Shown here piece after piece: positions 39,156 through 47,936 of a DNA stretch of 64,000 nucleotides. The notes under the pieces were generated by a model. The model did no database searches. It was not told where the DNA came from and was given only the letters and a program-made list of their open reading frames with translations. The translations under genes were made by a program, and so were the position numbers. The stretch is from Trueperaceae bacterium (GTDB lineage Bacteria > Deinococcota > Deinococci > Deinococcales > Trueperaceae), in NCBI GenBank assembly GCA_035703635.1, contig DASSXV010000044.1:32001-96000 (forward strand), given 5' to 3'. Every line of letters starts with the position of its first letter. The stretch's first letter is position 1.

Positions 39156-41942
39156 TTAGAAGGAGACGGTGTACTTGATCTGGAAGGCCTGAGCCGACGA
39201 CTGAGCGCCACCGTTGTCGTTGGTGTAGACACCGTAGGCGAACTGGAGGTCGTAGTAGTCCCAGATGAGTTCGTAGCCGCTGACGGCCTGCGTGCCGGTA
39301 CCGTTCATGTCGCCGCCGCTGATGTCAGTGGCGAAGTCGCCAGCGCCACGGGTGTTCGTGACGTTGTTGATGTTGGTGCCGGTCCAGCTGGCGTACTTGG
39401 CGGTGAGCTTGCTGTGGTCGAGGATGAACTCGTTCAGGACGAGGCCAACGCTCCACTGCAGTTCGCTCGCCGTGTAGACGGCCGCGTCGGAGTGGCTGGT
39501 CGTGCGGTAGTTGACCGCAGCGAGGAGGCCAGGCTTGGTGTAGACGTCGAGCGGCGTGGTGGAGAGACCAGCGCCCACGCGGAGCGTGGTGGTGTCGTCC
39601 GTGCCGGTGTCGGCGTCGTTGACCATGCGGTAGCCAACGTACGGGGTGAGCGAGACGATGGAGACGTTGAGCGCGTAGTCGGCGTCAACGAAGAGCGTCG
39701 TCTTGCTGAAGTCCGCCTCGGTCTGCGAGTAGCCGGCCGAGATGTTGAGGCCCTTGATGAGGGCGTTGGCGGCGGCGCCGTCGTGACCGAGGGTCACACC
39801 GAAGCCGGTGTCGTAGTTGTTGTCGCGCTCGACATCGGCGCCGGTGAGGGCCACTGCGGCCTCGTTGGCGTCGACGAAGGTGCGGAGGTTGTCAACGGTC
39901 GTGCCGTTGACGGAGGCCTGGTGGTACCAGCCGCCGAGGCTGAAGCCCGCGAACAGGTCGGCGCTAGCGTCGACACCGAAGCTCATCGCGCTGTCGCCAG
40001 CGCGCGTGCTGTAGGAGTCGAAGTACGCGTCGAGGTCGACGATGAACAGGTTCAGGCTGGCGTCAACACCGAAGCCGGCCTGGTCTTCCGCGAATGGGAA
40101 GGCGTTGGCGTCGGCACCGAGGTTGTAGTTGTTGGCGGTCCAGGCGTCGCTGATGTTGCGGTAGTTGGCGCCCAAGCCGGTGAGGATCGGGAGGCCAGCG
40201 GTGTCGACGTCGAGGGTGGCGTAGAGGACGGACTCTGCAGTCGCGCCGCCGGAGCCGTTGGCCCATTCGAAGCCGAGGTCGAAGATGCTGAGGGCAAGGC
40301 TGCCGTCAACGCCCCAGACGGTGACCTGGGCGTTGTCGGCCAGGTAGTCGTCCTTGTCAGCGGCGTTCTCAGCGTACTGAGCGAAGCTGCCGCCGATGGT
40401 GAGGCCCTCGAGGGGGCTGAGCGTGACGCGGAGACCGCGCAGGTAGTCGTCGGGCGTGTTGGGATCGTCGTACGCCGGGGTGGTGTAGACGGCCGTGATG
40501 CCCGGGTTGAGGAAGGAGAGGAAGTCCGGGGCGCCCAAGGTGGCGACGAAGCCAGGCTCGTCGGTGGCGACGACGTACGGCGTGAAGGCCGTTTCGACGT
40601 TCGTGCCGAACGAGAAGGTGAGCGGGTAGGCGCCGATAGGCTCGAAGGTCGTCATGAAGCTACGGATCTCGAACCAGTTGAGACCGACGTTCATGGCGTT
40701 CGTGACGCCACCAACACGCTGCTGGTCGTCGATGGCGAGTTCAACCACGCCGCTGAAGCTGTTGAGCTTGTTGGGGCTGCCCTGGCCGTCGAAGCCGAAC
40801 TTCGTGGCGAAGGAGAGGTTGAGGGTCGCAGTGACGTCACCAGAGGTCTGGGTGATGTCGTGACGGTCCTGAGCGACTTCGCCGACTTCCGTCTGGTAGT
40901 TCCTGGTGCCGCGACGGTCGCCGTCGAGTTCCGCAGCGCCCGTCGAGAAGACGGATGCGCCCATGTTGCGGAGGGAGTTGAGGCCGTAGGCGCGGTCGAC
41001 ATCGAACGGATCGCCGATGACGCGGCCGACGTAGTACTTGGCGGTGATGGTGCCGGAGATCCCGAGCGGGTTCTCTTCGAGCGCAGTCACGCGATCCTGA
41101 AGATCGGCGATGGCGGCGTTCTGGGCAACATCGGAAGCCTCGAGCGCAGAGACGCGGTCGCGAAGGGCGACTTGGCTGCTGCGGAGGAGGATGACGAACT
41201 CGCGGATGTTGGCGATATCGGAGCGGTTACGCTCGATGGCCGAGTTGACGCCCGCAAGGTCGACGGGGGCGCCAGCATTGCCGCCAACGCTGCCCTTGAG
41301 CCCGGCGATATCAGCCTGAACGAGCTGAAGGACGCGGTTCATGGCGGCGATGTCGTCGGCGTTCTGGCGGCCGAGGGTGTTGGCCTGGTTGGCCAAGCTG
41401 TAGGCGGCGTCTGCGCGCGCGGCAGCGGCTTCGGCCTGGGCCTGGGCCGTGTCGAGGGCGACACGCTGCGAAGCGATCTGGTTCTGCAGATCGCGGAGGA
41501 CCGCCGGATCGACGCCACCGCCGGCGAGGGCGGCTTCGAGGTCGTCGAGGCGAGCGGTGTTGGCGGTCACGTCGTCGGAGAGGCCAGCGATGGCGCTCTC
41601 GGCGGCGGACAGCCGCACGCCCTGGGCAGCAACATCGGAGGCGAGTTCCTGCACGGCGTTGCGCAGCGAGTCAACGTCAGCCTGCGTAAGAGCGAGGGCC
41701 GAGTTGACGTTGTCGTTGATCACGTCGAGAAGACGGCTGACCACGAGGGCGGCCTGGTAACGCGTGAAGGCTTCGTTGCCACGGAAAGTGCCGTCGGGGA
41801 AACCGATGACGATGCCGAGGTCGGCGATACGGTCGACAGCGTCGCCGGCCCAGTGGTTCGCCGGGATGTCCGGGAACGAGGACTGAGCTAGGGCGCCGCT
41901 GGCGAATGCAGCCGCCAGGAGCGTGATGATTAGTTTCTTCAT
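39156..41942 (-). CDS. slpA: S-layer / major outer-membrane protein SlpA (SLH, coiled coil, beta-barrel)
   Basis: Signal peptide, SLH motif FPDIPANHWA...GFPDGTFRG..TRYQ, long coiled coil, alternating beta-strands, terminal Phe (YTVSF). Strongly biased codon usage. Confidence 0.93.
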   Translation of the reverse strand: MKKLIITLLAAAFASGALAQSSFPDIPANHWAGDAVDRIADLGIVIGFPDGTFRGNEAFTRYQAALVVSRLLDVINDNVNSALALTQADVDSLRNAVQELASDVAAQGVRLSAAESAIAGLSDDVTANTARLDDLEAALAGGGVDPAVLRDLQNQIASQRVALDTAQAQAEAAAARADAAYSLANQANTLGRQNADDIAAMNRVLQLVQADIAGLKGSVGGNAGAPVDLAGVNSAIERNRSDIANIREFVILLRSSQVALRDRVSALEASDVAQNAAIADLQDRVTALEENPLGISGTITAKYYVGRVIGDPFDVDRAYGLNSLRNMGASVFSTGAAELDGDRRGTRNYQTEVGEVAQDRHDITQTSGDVTATLNLSFATKFGFDGQGSPNKLNSFSGVVELAIDDQQRVGGVTNAMNVGLNWFEIRSFMTTFEPIGAYPLTFSFGTNVETAFTPYVVATDEPGFVATLGAPDFLSFLNPGITAVYTTPAYDDPNTPDDYLRGLRVTLSPLEGLTIGGSFAQYAENAADKDDYLADNAQVTVWGVDGSLALSIFDLGFEWANGSGGATAESVLYATLDVDTAGLPILTGLGANYRNISDAWTANNYNLGADANAFPFAEDQAGFGVDASLNLFIVDLDAYFDSYSTRAGDSAMSFGVDASADLFAGFSLGGWYHQASVNGTTVDNLRTFVDANEAAVALTGADVERDNNYDTGFGVTLGHDGAAANALIKGLNISAGYSQTEADFSKTTLFVDADYALNVSIVSLTPYVGYRMVNDADTGTDDTTTLRVGAGLSTTPLDVYTKPGLLAAVNYRTTSHSDAAVYTASELQWSVGLVLNEFILDHSKLTAKYASWTGTNINNVTNTRGAGDFATDISGGDMNGTGTQAVSGYELIWDYYDLQFAYGVYTNDNGGAQSSAQAFQIKYTVSF

Positions 41943-42008
41943 GAATTCTTACCCCTTGAACTTGGTGAAGTGTTCCTTGCGCAGGTCGCTTCACGAGTCC
42001 TAGGCGCT

Positions 42009-42098
42009 TTAGGCCGGGAGTGTCCGAGTTTCCTCTCCGGTTGGGCGTCTGGTTCTCGCTTCGCTCACTGGGTTCCTGGGTTTCCTTGGCCGGTTCAA
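42009..42098 (-). CDS. Candidate 29-aa leader peptide (uORF) in the slpA 5' region
   Basis: AAGGAGGTG (42114-42106), 7 nt, then TTG. MNRPRKPRNPVSEARTRRPTGEETRTLPA, TAA. Confidence 0.4.
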   Translation of the reverse strand: MNRPRKPRNPVSEARTRRPTGEETRTLPA

Positions 42099-42148
42099 AA
42101 GGTAGCACCTCCTTCCAGTGCGGCCACGGACGACACAGGTCCAAGCGG

Positions 42149-42178
42149 ATTAGACCACGTGCCGCGACCACATGTCAA
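42149..42178 (-). promoter_or_regulatory. Putative slpA promoter
   Basis: TTGACA-18 nt-TCTAAT with TG extension, implying a leader of about 200 nt. Confidence 0.6.
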
Positions 42179-42321
42179 CCCGGATGAACTCTCAATGAGA
42201 GTCAGATTCTCGCTTCGGGACGGGCAAATCGCGCTCATGTTAACCGCGTCACTCACGCTATTCTAATGAGACAACGGCGGTTTTGGCCGCTGTGCATGGG
42301 CCTCGGTTATCCTCTCGCCAT

Positions 42322-43194
42322 ATGGCTCGAATCACGGTGCCCACTGCAGAAGCCCTCCTCGATGTCGAGTTGCGCGTCCTAGACCACGGTTTCGTGAGGC
42401 TCGTCGACTATCTCGGCGGCGACGCCCGCATAGTTCAGGCCGCGCGCGTTTCCTACGGCGACGGAACCAAGTCGGTGCGCGAGGACGGCGCGCTCATCGA
42501 TTACCTACTCCGCAACCGCCACACCAGCCCGTTCGAGCAGGTGATCCTGACCTTCCACGTGAAGATGCCCATCTTCGTGGCGCGTCAATGGGTGAGGCAC
42601 CGGACGGCGCGCCTCAACGAGATCAGCGGGCGCTACTCCGTCATGCGCGACGAGTTCTACGTCCCGCAACCAAGCGAGGTGCGCTTCCAAGACACCCGCA
42701 ACAAACAGGGCGGCGATGCCCGCGACGTGCCAGACGAACTCCGCGGCAGGGTCATCGAGCTGCTAAGAGCCGGCCAGGAACGGACTTACGGCGAGTACGA
42801 GGGCATGCTCGAGGACGACATCGCCCGCGAGTTGGCCCGCGTCAACCTGCCGCTCAGCCTCTACACCGAGATGTACTGGCAGATCGACTTGAACAACCTC
42901 TTTCACTTCCTGAAGCTGCGCCTCGACTGGCATGCGCAGCACGAGATCCGCGTGTACGGGGACGCCATGGCGCAGATCGCACGCGCGGTCGCGCCCCTCG
43001 CGTACGACGCCTTCGAGGAGCACGAGCTGTACGGCCGCGCCTTCTCGCGCACCGAGATCGAAGTACTCAAGGGGGCCCTCGACGGAACGCGCCTCGAAGA
43101 GGCGCTCGCAGCGAGCGGCCTGAGGGCAACGCGGCGCGCCGACTTCCTCAAGAAACTAGGTCCGCTCGCCATCCAGCCGGCCGACGAGGACTGA
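42322..43194 (+). CDS. thyX: FAD-dependent thymidylate synthase
   Basis: AARVSY, HTSPFEQ, RHRTARLNEISGRY (RHRx7S), ARELAR, AQHEIR. Confidence 0.96.
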   Translation: MARITVPTAEALLDVELRVLDHGFVRLVDYLGGDARIVQAARVSYGDGTKSVREDGALIDYLLRNRHTSPFEQVILTFHVKMPIFVARQWVRHRTARLNEISGRYSVMRDEFYVPQPSEVRFQDTRNKQGGDARDVPDELRGRVIELLRAGQERTYGEYEGMLEDDIARELARVNLPLSLYTEMYWQIDLNNLFHFLKLRLDWHAQHEIRVYGDAMAQIARAVAPLAYDAFEEHELYGRAFSRTEIEVLKGALDGTRLEEALAASGLRATRRADFLKKLGPLAIQPADED

Positions 43195-43203
43195 GCAACG
43201 CGC

Positions 43204-43662
43204 ATGCGCTACCGCGTGGTGGCCGTTGGCAAGCTCAAGGAGCGCTTCTACCAGGAAGCTTGCCTTCACTACCTCAAGCGGCTCGGCCACTTGACTTCTT
43301 GCGAGTTCGTGGAGGTGCGCGAGGCCCGCGCGAAGTCGGCCGACGCCGTCAGGGAGGCGGAGGGCCGGGCGCTCTTGAGTCACGTGCATGGTGCGGTGGT
43401 TGCCCTCGACGAGCGTGGGCGCGCGTTCGGCACCACCGCGCTCGCTTGGCATGTGTCGGAGTTGGAGAACCGCGGGGTAAGCAGCCTCACGCTGCTGATC
43501 GGCGGCGCCGAGGGGCACGGGCCGGAGGTTCGCAGCGCAGCGAGTGAGGCGTGGAGCCTCTCCCCGCTGACCCTCCCTCATGACCTAGCCAGGCTCGTGT
43601 TGCTCGAGCAGCTCTACCGCATTGAAACCGTGCGCGCTGGCCACCCCTATCACCGCGAGTGA
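43204..43662 (+). CDS. rlmH: 23S rRNA pseudouridine1915 N3-methyltransferase
   Basis: AVGKLK, LDERG, IGGAEG, LTLPH, EQLYR, HPYHR. Confidence 0.96.
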   Translation: MRYRVVAVGKLKERFYQEACLHYLKRLGHLTSCEFVEVREARAKSADAVREAEGRALLSHVHGAVVALDERGRAFGTTALAWHVSELENRGVSSLTLLIGGAEGHGPEVRSAASEAWSLSPLTLPHDLARLVLLEQLYRIETVRAGHPYHRE

Positions 43663-43685
43663 TCTAGCTCGTTCCTAGCTCGTTG

Positions 43686-44381
43686 TCAGCTGGCGTGCCG
43701 ACCGGTGGCGGCCATGAGGGCGGCGTGCAGGCTGAGCATGTCGACGATGGCAGTCGCTGTCGACTCGAGCGGAAATGGCGTCTCGGCTTCGAGGGCGAGG
43801 AAGAGGCTGCGTGGGCCGATGACCACGCTTGGCGCCACCCCAGTCGCTTGGCGCGGGATGCGTTCGCGCGCCCCGCGAGCGCTACTTGCCAGCACCTGAT
43901 CGGCGGAAACGAGGAGGCGCATCAACACCGTCCGTACGGGCGCGGTGAGGAGCGGCAGGGCGCCAGCGCTCTCTCGGGCGTACACGCTGATGGCGTCGTT
44001 GAACGTTGGGTCTTCTGGGCAATCTAGCCGCTGAGCTCCACTGCGGCCAGCCTCGAGCCCCTCGAGCACTGCGTGGCGTTTCGCGCTAGCGCGCAGTGAG
44101 ACTTGCGTGTGGGCCTCTTGCGAGCGGATCACGACGCCCGTTCGCCACGTCGTCACGCGCCCGAGCGGTCCGGTCCTGGCATTGAACTGATCGAACGCCA
44201 CGACTTGCGGTTGACCGGCTCTCGTCAACTCGTGAATGGGTGCCAGGTCGCCAGAGCCGAGGTCGTAGTGCTCACGTAGCCGCTCTGCCAGTTCGGGTGC
44301 TGGCACCATTTCGAACTCTTGGACGACGCTCGTCCAGTCTCGTTCGCGGCGACCTTCGCGCTTGGGCGTCCAGAATGCCAT
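43686..44381 (-). CDS. Hypothetical protein
   Basis: Only long ORF in the gap. TACACT 5 nt upstream of ATG 44381. Confidence 0.65.
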   Translation of the reverse strand: MAFWTPKREGRRERDWTSVVQEFEMVPAPELAERLREHYDLGSGDLAPIHELTRAGQPQVVAFDQFNARTGPLGRVTTWRTGVVIRSQEAHTQVSLRASAKRHAVLEGLEAGRSGAQRLDCPEDPTFNDAISVYARESAGALPLLTAPVRTVLMRLLVSADQVLASSARGARERIPRQATGVAPSVVIGPRSLFLALEAETPFPLESTATAIVDMLSLHAALMAATGRHAS

Positions 44382-44441
44382 GCGCAAGTGTAATGGCATT
44401 GTCCCTGGCTCGGGCCTTGGTTCGGGTCGAATAACGGCACG

Positions 44442-44471
44442 GGGCCCGGTTCGGCTTGCCGTTCCGGGCCC
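44442..44471. terminator. GC-rich stem-loop downstream of sufT
   Basis: GGGCCCGG-tt-CGGC-tt-GCCG-tt-CCGGGCCC. No strong U tract. Confidence 0.45.
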
Positions 44472-44501
44472 ACGTCGCTTTTTGGAGTTTGTTGGACTTG
44501 G

Positions 44502-44897
44502 TCAGACGTTAAAGCCGAACATGCGCATCTGCTTCTTGCCGTCGTCCGTCATCTTGGCCGTACTCCAGGGTGGCGACCACACGAAGTCGACGCTTACGGA
44601 GTTGACGCCATCGACTTTCATTGCAGCCATCTCGGTGTCGGATTGGATGAGGTCTTGCACTGGGCAACCCATGCTCGTCAAGGTCATTTCGATGTTCACG
44701 TTGCCTTGGGCGTCGATGTCGAGGTCGTATACCAACCCGAGGTCGACGATGTTGACGGGTATTTCTGGGTCGTGCACGACCTTTAGCGCTTCTAGCACTT
44801 GCTCACGCAAGGCGGAAGTGTCTGGGCCAACGGCGTCTTGTCCGCCTGCGGCTACCGCGCCCACTTCAGTGTCGTTCTGGTTCTCGCTGCTCTCCAT
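44502..44897 (-). CDS. sufT: Metal-sulfur cluster assembly factor (DUF59/SufT/PaaD-like)
   Basis: DPEIPVNIVDLGLVY, TLTSMGCP, WSPPWS. Confidence 0.9.
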   Translation of the reverse strand: MESSENQNDTEVGAVAAGGQDAVGPDTSALREQVLEALKVVHDPEIPVNIVDLGLVYDLDIDAQGNVNIEMTLTSMGCPVQDLIQSDTEMAAMKVDGVNSVSVDFVWSPPWSTAKMTDDGKKQMRMFGFNV

Positions 44898-44986
44898 GCT
44901 GGCGAAGTTAGCAGACTCGGGGGCTTAGTGGAGTAGCGCCGCGCGCAGACCGGGCGCCGCACGCCTCCATGCGGTGAGAGCGGCGG

Positions 44987-46048
44987 TCACCAGTTGACGA
45001 AGCGATCGCGGTAAACGACCCACGCGAACGTCAAGGCGGTGAGGGTGCTGACGAGGCTCGTCCCGCCGTAAGAGACCAGTGGCAGCGTGATGCCAGTGAC
45101 CGGCGCCACCCCTAGCGTCACTCCTATGTTCACGAGCACCTGAAACCCGATAAGGACGACTATGCCCGTAATGAGGAGTTGGTCGCGTTCGAAGGCGCAT
45201 TCCGCCGCCATGGCGAGCATGCGCCAGAACAGGAGTCCGTATAGGAGCAGCAGCGCCACCGACGCCACGAACCCGCCTTCCTCCGCGAGTACGGGGAAGA
45301 TGAAGTCGGTGTGCCGAAACGGAATGAAGCCGAGCTGCGATTGCGTTCCTGCCTTGTAGCCCTTCCCAAGCAGGCCGCCTGAACCTACGGCGATGGTCGA
45401 CTGGATGACTTGGTACCCGGTGCCTTGCGGGTCGCGATACGGATCGACGAATGACACGAGGCGCTCAAGTTGGTGCGGCTTGAGATTCGGCAGCAGCACC
45501 GTCGGCACCGCTATCCCCACGAGACCGACGATGACGACCAAGTGCCGCCACGGAACGCCGCGTACCAGCACGATGCCTGCTGTTATGGCAACTAGTACGA
45601 GGGCGCTGCCGAGGTCTGGCTCGATCAGGACGAGGCCGATGGGCGGAAGCGCTAGGGCGGCAACGCGCAAGTAGTCGACGATGCGCTTTAGCGGCCGCTC
45701 GTTGAGGGCTTGTGCCAATACGAGGATGAGGGCTAGCTTGGCCAGCTCGGAAGGCTGAAACCCTGGCAACGGTCCGAGGTAAAGCCATGACTTGGCGCCG
45801 TTCACCTCGGTCCCCATGAAGTAGGTGAGGACCAGGAGCACGAGGCTCGCGCCGTAGACGTAAGGCGTGAGCCGCAACAGGCGTACTTTCCCTGCCCATA
45901 CAAGCGCAGCTATGGCAACGGCTGCGGCACCGAGGAACGCTACTTGGCGCATGAACTCGTCGCTAGGAGCGGCACTGTTGAGGGTGAACAGCCCGGCGCC
46001 CAGGATGAGCAGGGTGATGAAGGGAAGACCGAAGTCTAGTCGTGCCAC
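44987..46048 (-). CDS. rodA: SEDS peptidoglycan glycosyltransferase RodA
   Basis: GAKSW, QPSELAK, EPDLG, GYQVIQS..AVGSGG, HTDFIF, PVTGITLPLVSYGGTS. Confidence 0.92.
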   Translation of the reverse strand: MARLDFGLPFITLLILGAGLFTLNSAAPSDEFMRQVAFLGAAAVAIAALVWAGKVRLLRLTPYVYGASLVLLVLTYFMGTEVNGAKSWLYLGPLPGFQPSELAKLALILVLAQALNERPLKRIVDYLRVAALALPPIGLVLIEPDLGSALVLVAITAGIVLVRGVPWRHLVVIVGLVGIAVPTVLLPNLKPHQLERLVSFVDPYRDPQGTGYQVIQSTIAVGSGGLLGKGYKAGTQSQLGFIPFRHTDFIFPVLAEEGGFVASVALLLLYGLLFWRMLAMAAECAFERDQLLITGIVVLIGFQVLVNIGVTLGVAPVTGITLPLVSYGGTSLVSTLTALTFAWVVYRDRFVNW

Positions 46049-46053
46049 GCGCG

Positions 46054-47826
46054 TCAGCCTACCAGCCTGCGGCCGCGGACACCGGAATAGAGCCACCATT
46101 CGGCGACGAGTGCGAGCAGGCCGCCGATGACCAGCAGGACGGCCAGCTGCGACGGCGCGGTCTCCTTCGCTGCGGCGCTCGCCTCTCGACCCTGACCGCT
46201 CGCCTGAGTCGTCTGGTCAACGTTCGCCGCCTCGCTCGAGCCGCTGACTAGCGGCTGGTTCGCGAGGCGACTCTCAGCGGCTGACAGGAGTGAGACGAGT
46301 GCGACCGCACCCGTTGAACCGGTCGCTTGACCCGGAACGACACCCGCCGTTGCCGCCCGAGCTCCGCTCGCCAAGTCGAAGACCCCAGGCTCGAGCGCCG
46401 GCCCTGCCCAACCGGGCGCCGTCTCGCCAAGAGCAAGCCGCGGGGTGGCGTCGATAGCCGCCACCCAGTTGGCGATGAGGGCCGGGAATGCTGGCCGCAA
46501 CACCACGTCCGATTGACTGGGGTGGAAGGCGAGCTGCAGTATCGAACCTGTCGGTGTTCGCCGTAACCGGAGCAGCGGCGTGAGGTCGTCTGCCTTGGCG
46601 AGCACTTGCCAGCCGTTGGTTTCCGAGTCCGTCCAGCGCGGCACCTCGGGGTCTATGCCAACCAGGGCGTCATTGAGGTCGACGAAGCGCATGAGCGGTT
46701 CGACGCGGTCCTGTGTGCGCACCACGTGGTACTCCGGCGCGCGTGCCGGGGGTGGGAGCAGCAGGTAATTACCTGGCGCCAAGGCGTTGAAAGCCGCCAC
46801 GGTATCGGGGATGTAACGCGAGACAACCTTGAGGTCGGCTTGAGCCAACCTGGCGTCCGCGGCACCGAATACAGTTACCCCTGGCGCCGCTTGCAGCGCC
46901 CGAAGGAGCGGTTGGTACAGGTCGTCGGTTGCAACCGTTAACGACCTGCGGCCGGCGAAAGCAACGTCATCGAGGCCAAGAGCGTCGGGCAACGGCGCCA
47001 AGATCCGCGCCTCCAGCACGCCGAGTGGGCCATCATCCTCAAGTAGCGGGAAGGTGACGCTGCCGCTGCCGCCAGCTGGCACCAAGACCGTGCTGCGCGC
47101 CAGCTCTCGTCCGCCACTGAACAACCCGACGGTGGCCTGCGCGGGCGAACGGCCGCTGGCGACCACGGCGATGAACGCCTGGCCGACTCCCACATCAAAC
47201 GCGCTTATGCCAAGGTTCTCGACCGACTCGCCGACGACGACTACTTCCGTCTGCCCCAACTCGACAGGTGAGTCTGTTATGACGACCACGTCGGCGTCCG
47301 GGAGGAGTCCTTTGCCAAGGTCGACGGCCGCGAGGAGGTCGGCCTGTGAGTCGCCAGCCCGAAGCGCGTCGAGGGCGGCCAATAGTTCTGCTTGTGGCGC
47401 GTCGAGCGGCACGAGCAGCCTCGGCACCACTCCGGCGCGCACCAAAGCGATGCTCGAGCGACCAGCGAGGTGTTGACGGGCCGTAGCAACAGCAAGACTT
47501 AGCCGCGTGCCAGCCGCGGCGTCTACTTCGGCGGCGGCTGCCATGCTTGCAGACCCATCGATCACGATGATCACACCGTCGTCAGCTGCCGCAGTCAACC
47601 TCGGACCAGCCACCCCGACCGAGGCAGCCGCGATGAACATGAGCTGCAGTGCTAGTAACCAGCTAGGCGAGATGCGCTTGCGACGTGCGCTGTTAGCTTG
47701 TGCCCTGCGCCACAAGAAGAGCGCGGCCACGTCACGCTGGCGGCGGCGTGCGCGCAAGTAATGCAGCGCAACGACGACTGGCAGCAGGGCAAGCAGCCAC
47801 AACGCTTGGGGCGCAAGAAAGGTCAT
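46054..47826 (-). CDS. BatA N-terminal / vWA domain membrane protein
   Basis: MTFLAPQALWLL double-TM start, MIDAS DGSASM, C-terminal AES...EWW TM anchor. Confidence 0.85.
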   Translation of the reverse strand: MTFLAPQALWLLALLPVVVALHYLRARRRQRDVAALFLWRRAQANSARRKRISPSWLLALQLMFIAAASVGVAGPRLTAAADDGVIIVIDGSASMAAAAEVDAAAGTRLSLAVATARQHLAGRSSIALVRAGVVPRLLVPLDAPQAELLAALDALRAGDSQADLLAAVDLGKGLLPDADVVVITDSPVELGQTEVVVVGESVENLGISAFDVGVGQAFIAVVASGRSPAQATVGLFSGGRELARSTVLVPAGGSGSVTFPLLEDDGPLGVLEARILAPLPDALGLDDVAFAGRRSLTVATDDLYQPLLRALQAAPGVTVFGAADARLAQADLKVVSRYIPDTVAAFNALAPGNYLLLPPPARAPEYHVVRTQDRVEPLMRFVDLNDALVGIDPEVPRWTDSETNGWQVLAKADDLTPLLRLRRTPTGSILQLAFHPSQSDVVLRPAFPALIANWVAAIDATPRLALGETAPGWAGPALEPGVFDLASGARAATAGVVPGQATGSTGAVALVSLLSAAESRLANQPLVSGSSEAANVDQTTQASGQGREASAAAKETAPSQLAVLLVIGGLLALVAEWWLYSGVRGRRLVG

Positions 47827-47936
47827 CTCGCGCAGTCTAGCCTCTGATTTGGAACTCTCTTGCAGTCCCTAGGCGCAAGCCTAGAGTCCGTAGGCGATAG
47901 CCGATCTCGTCCAATTAGCGCGGCACCTGCAGCGCA

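Noticed and set aside
39414..41891. 825-aa plus-strand ORF antisense to slpA
   Set aside because: Shadow ORF produced by the strong codon bias of slpA. V/G/E/D-rich with no motifs.
47869..47890. CTAGGC-GCAA-GCCTAG hairpin, and the similar short hairpin near 56200, as REP-like repeats
   Set aside because: Short stems with no extended identity or further copies noticed.
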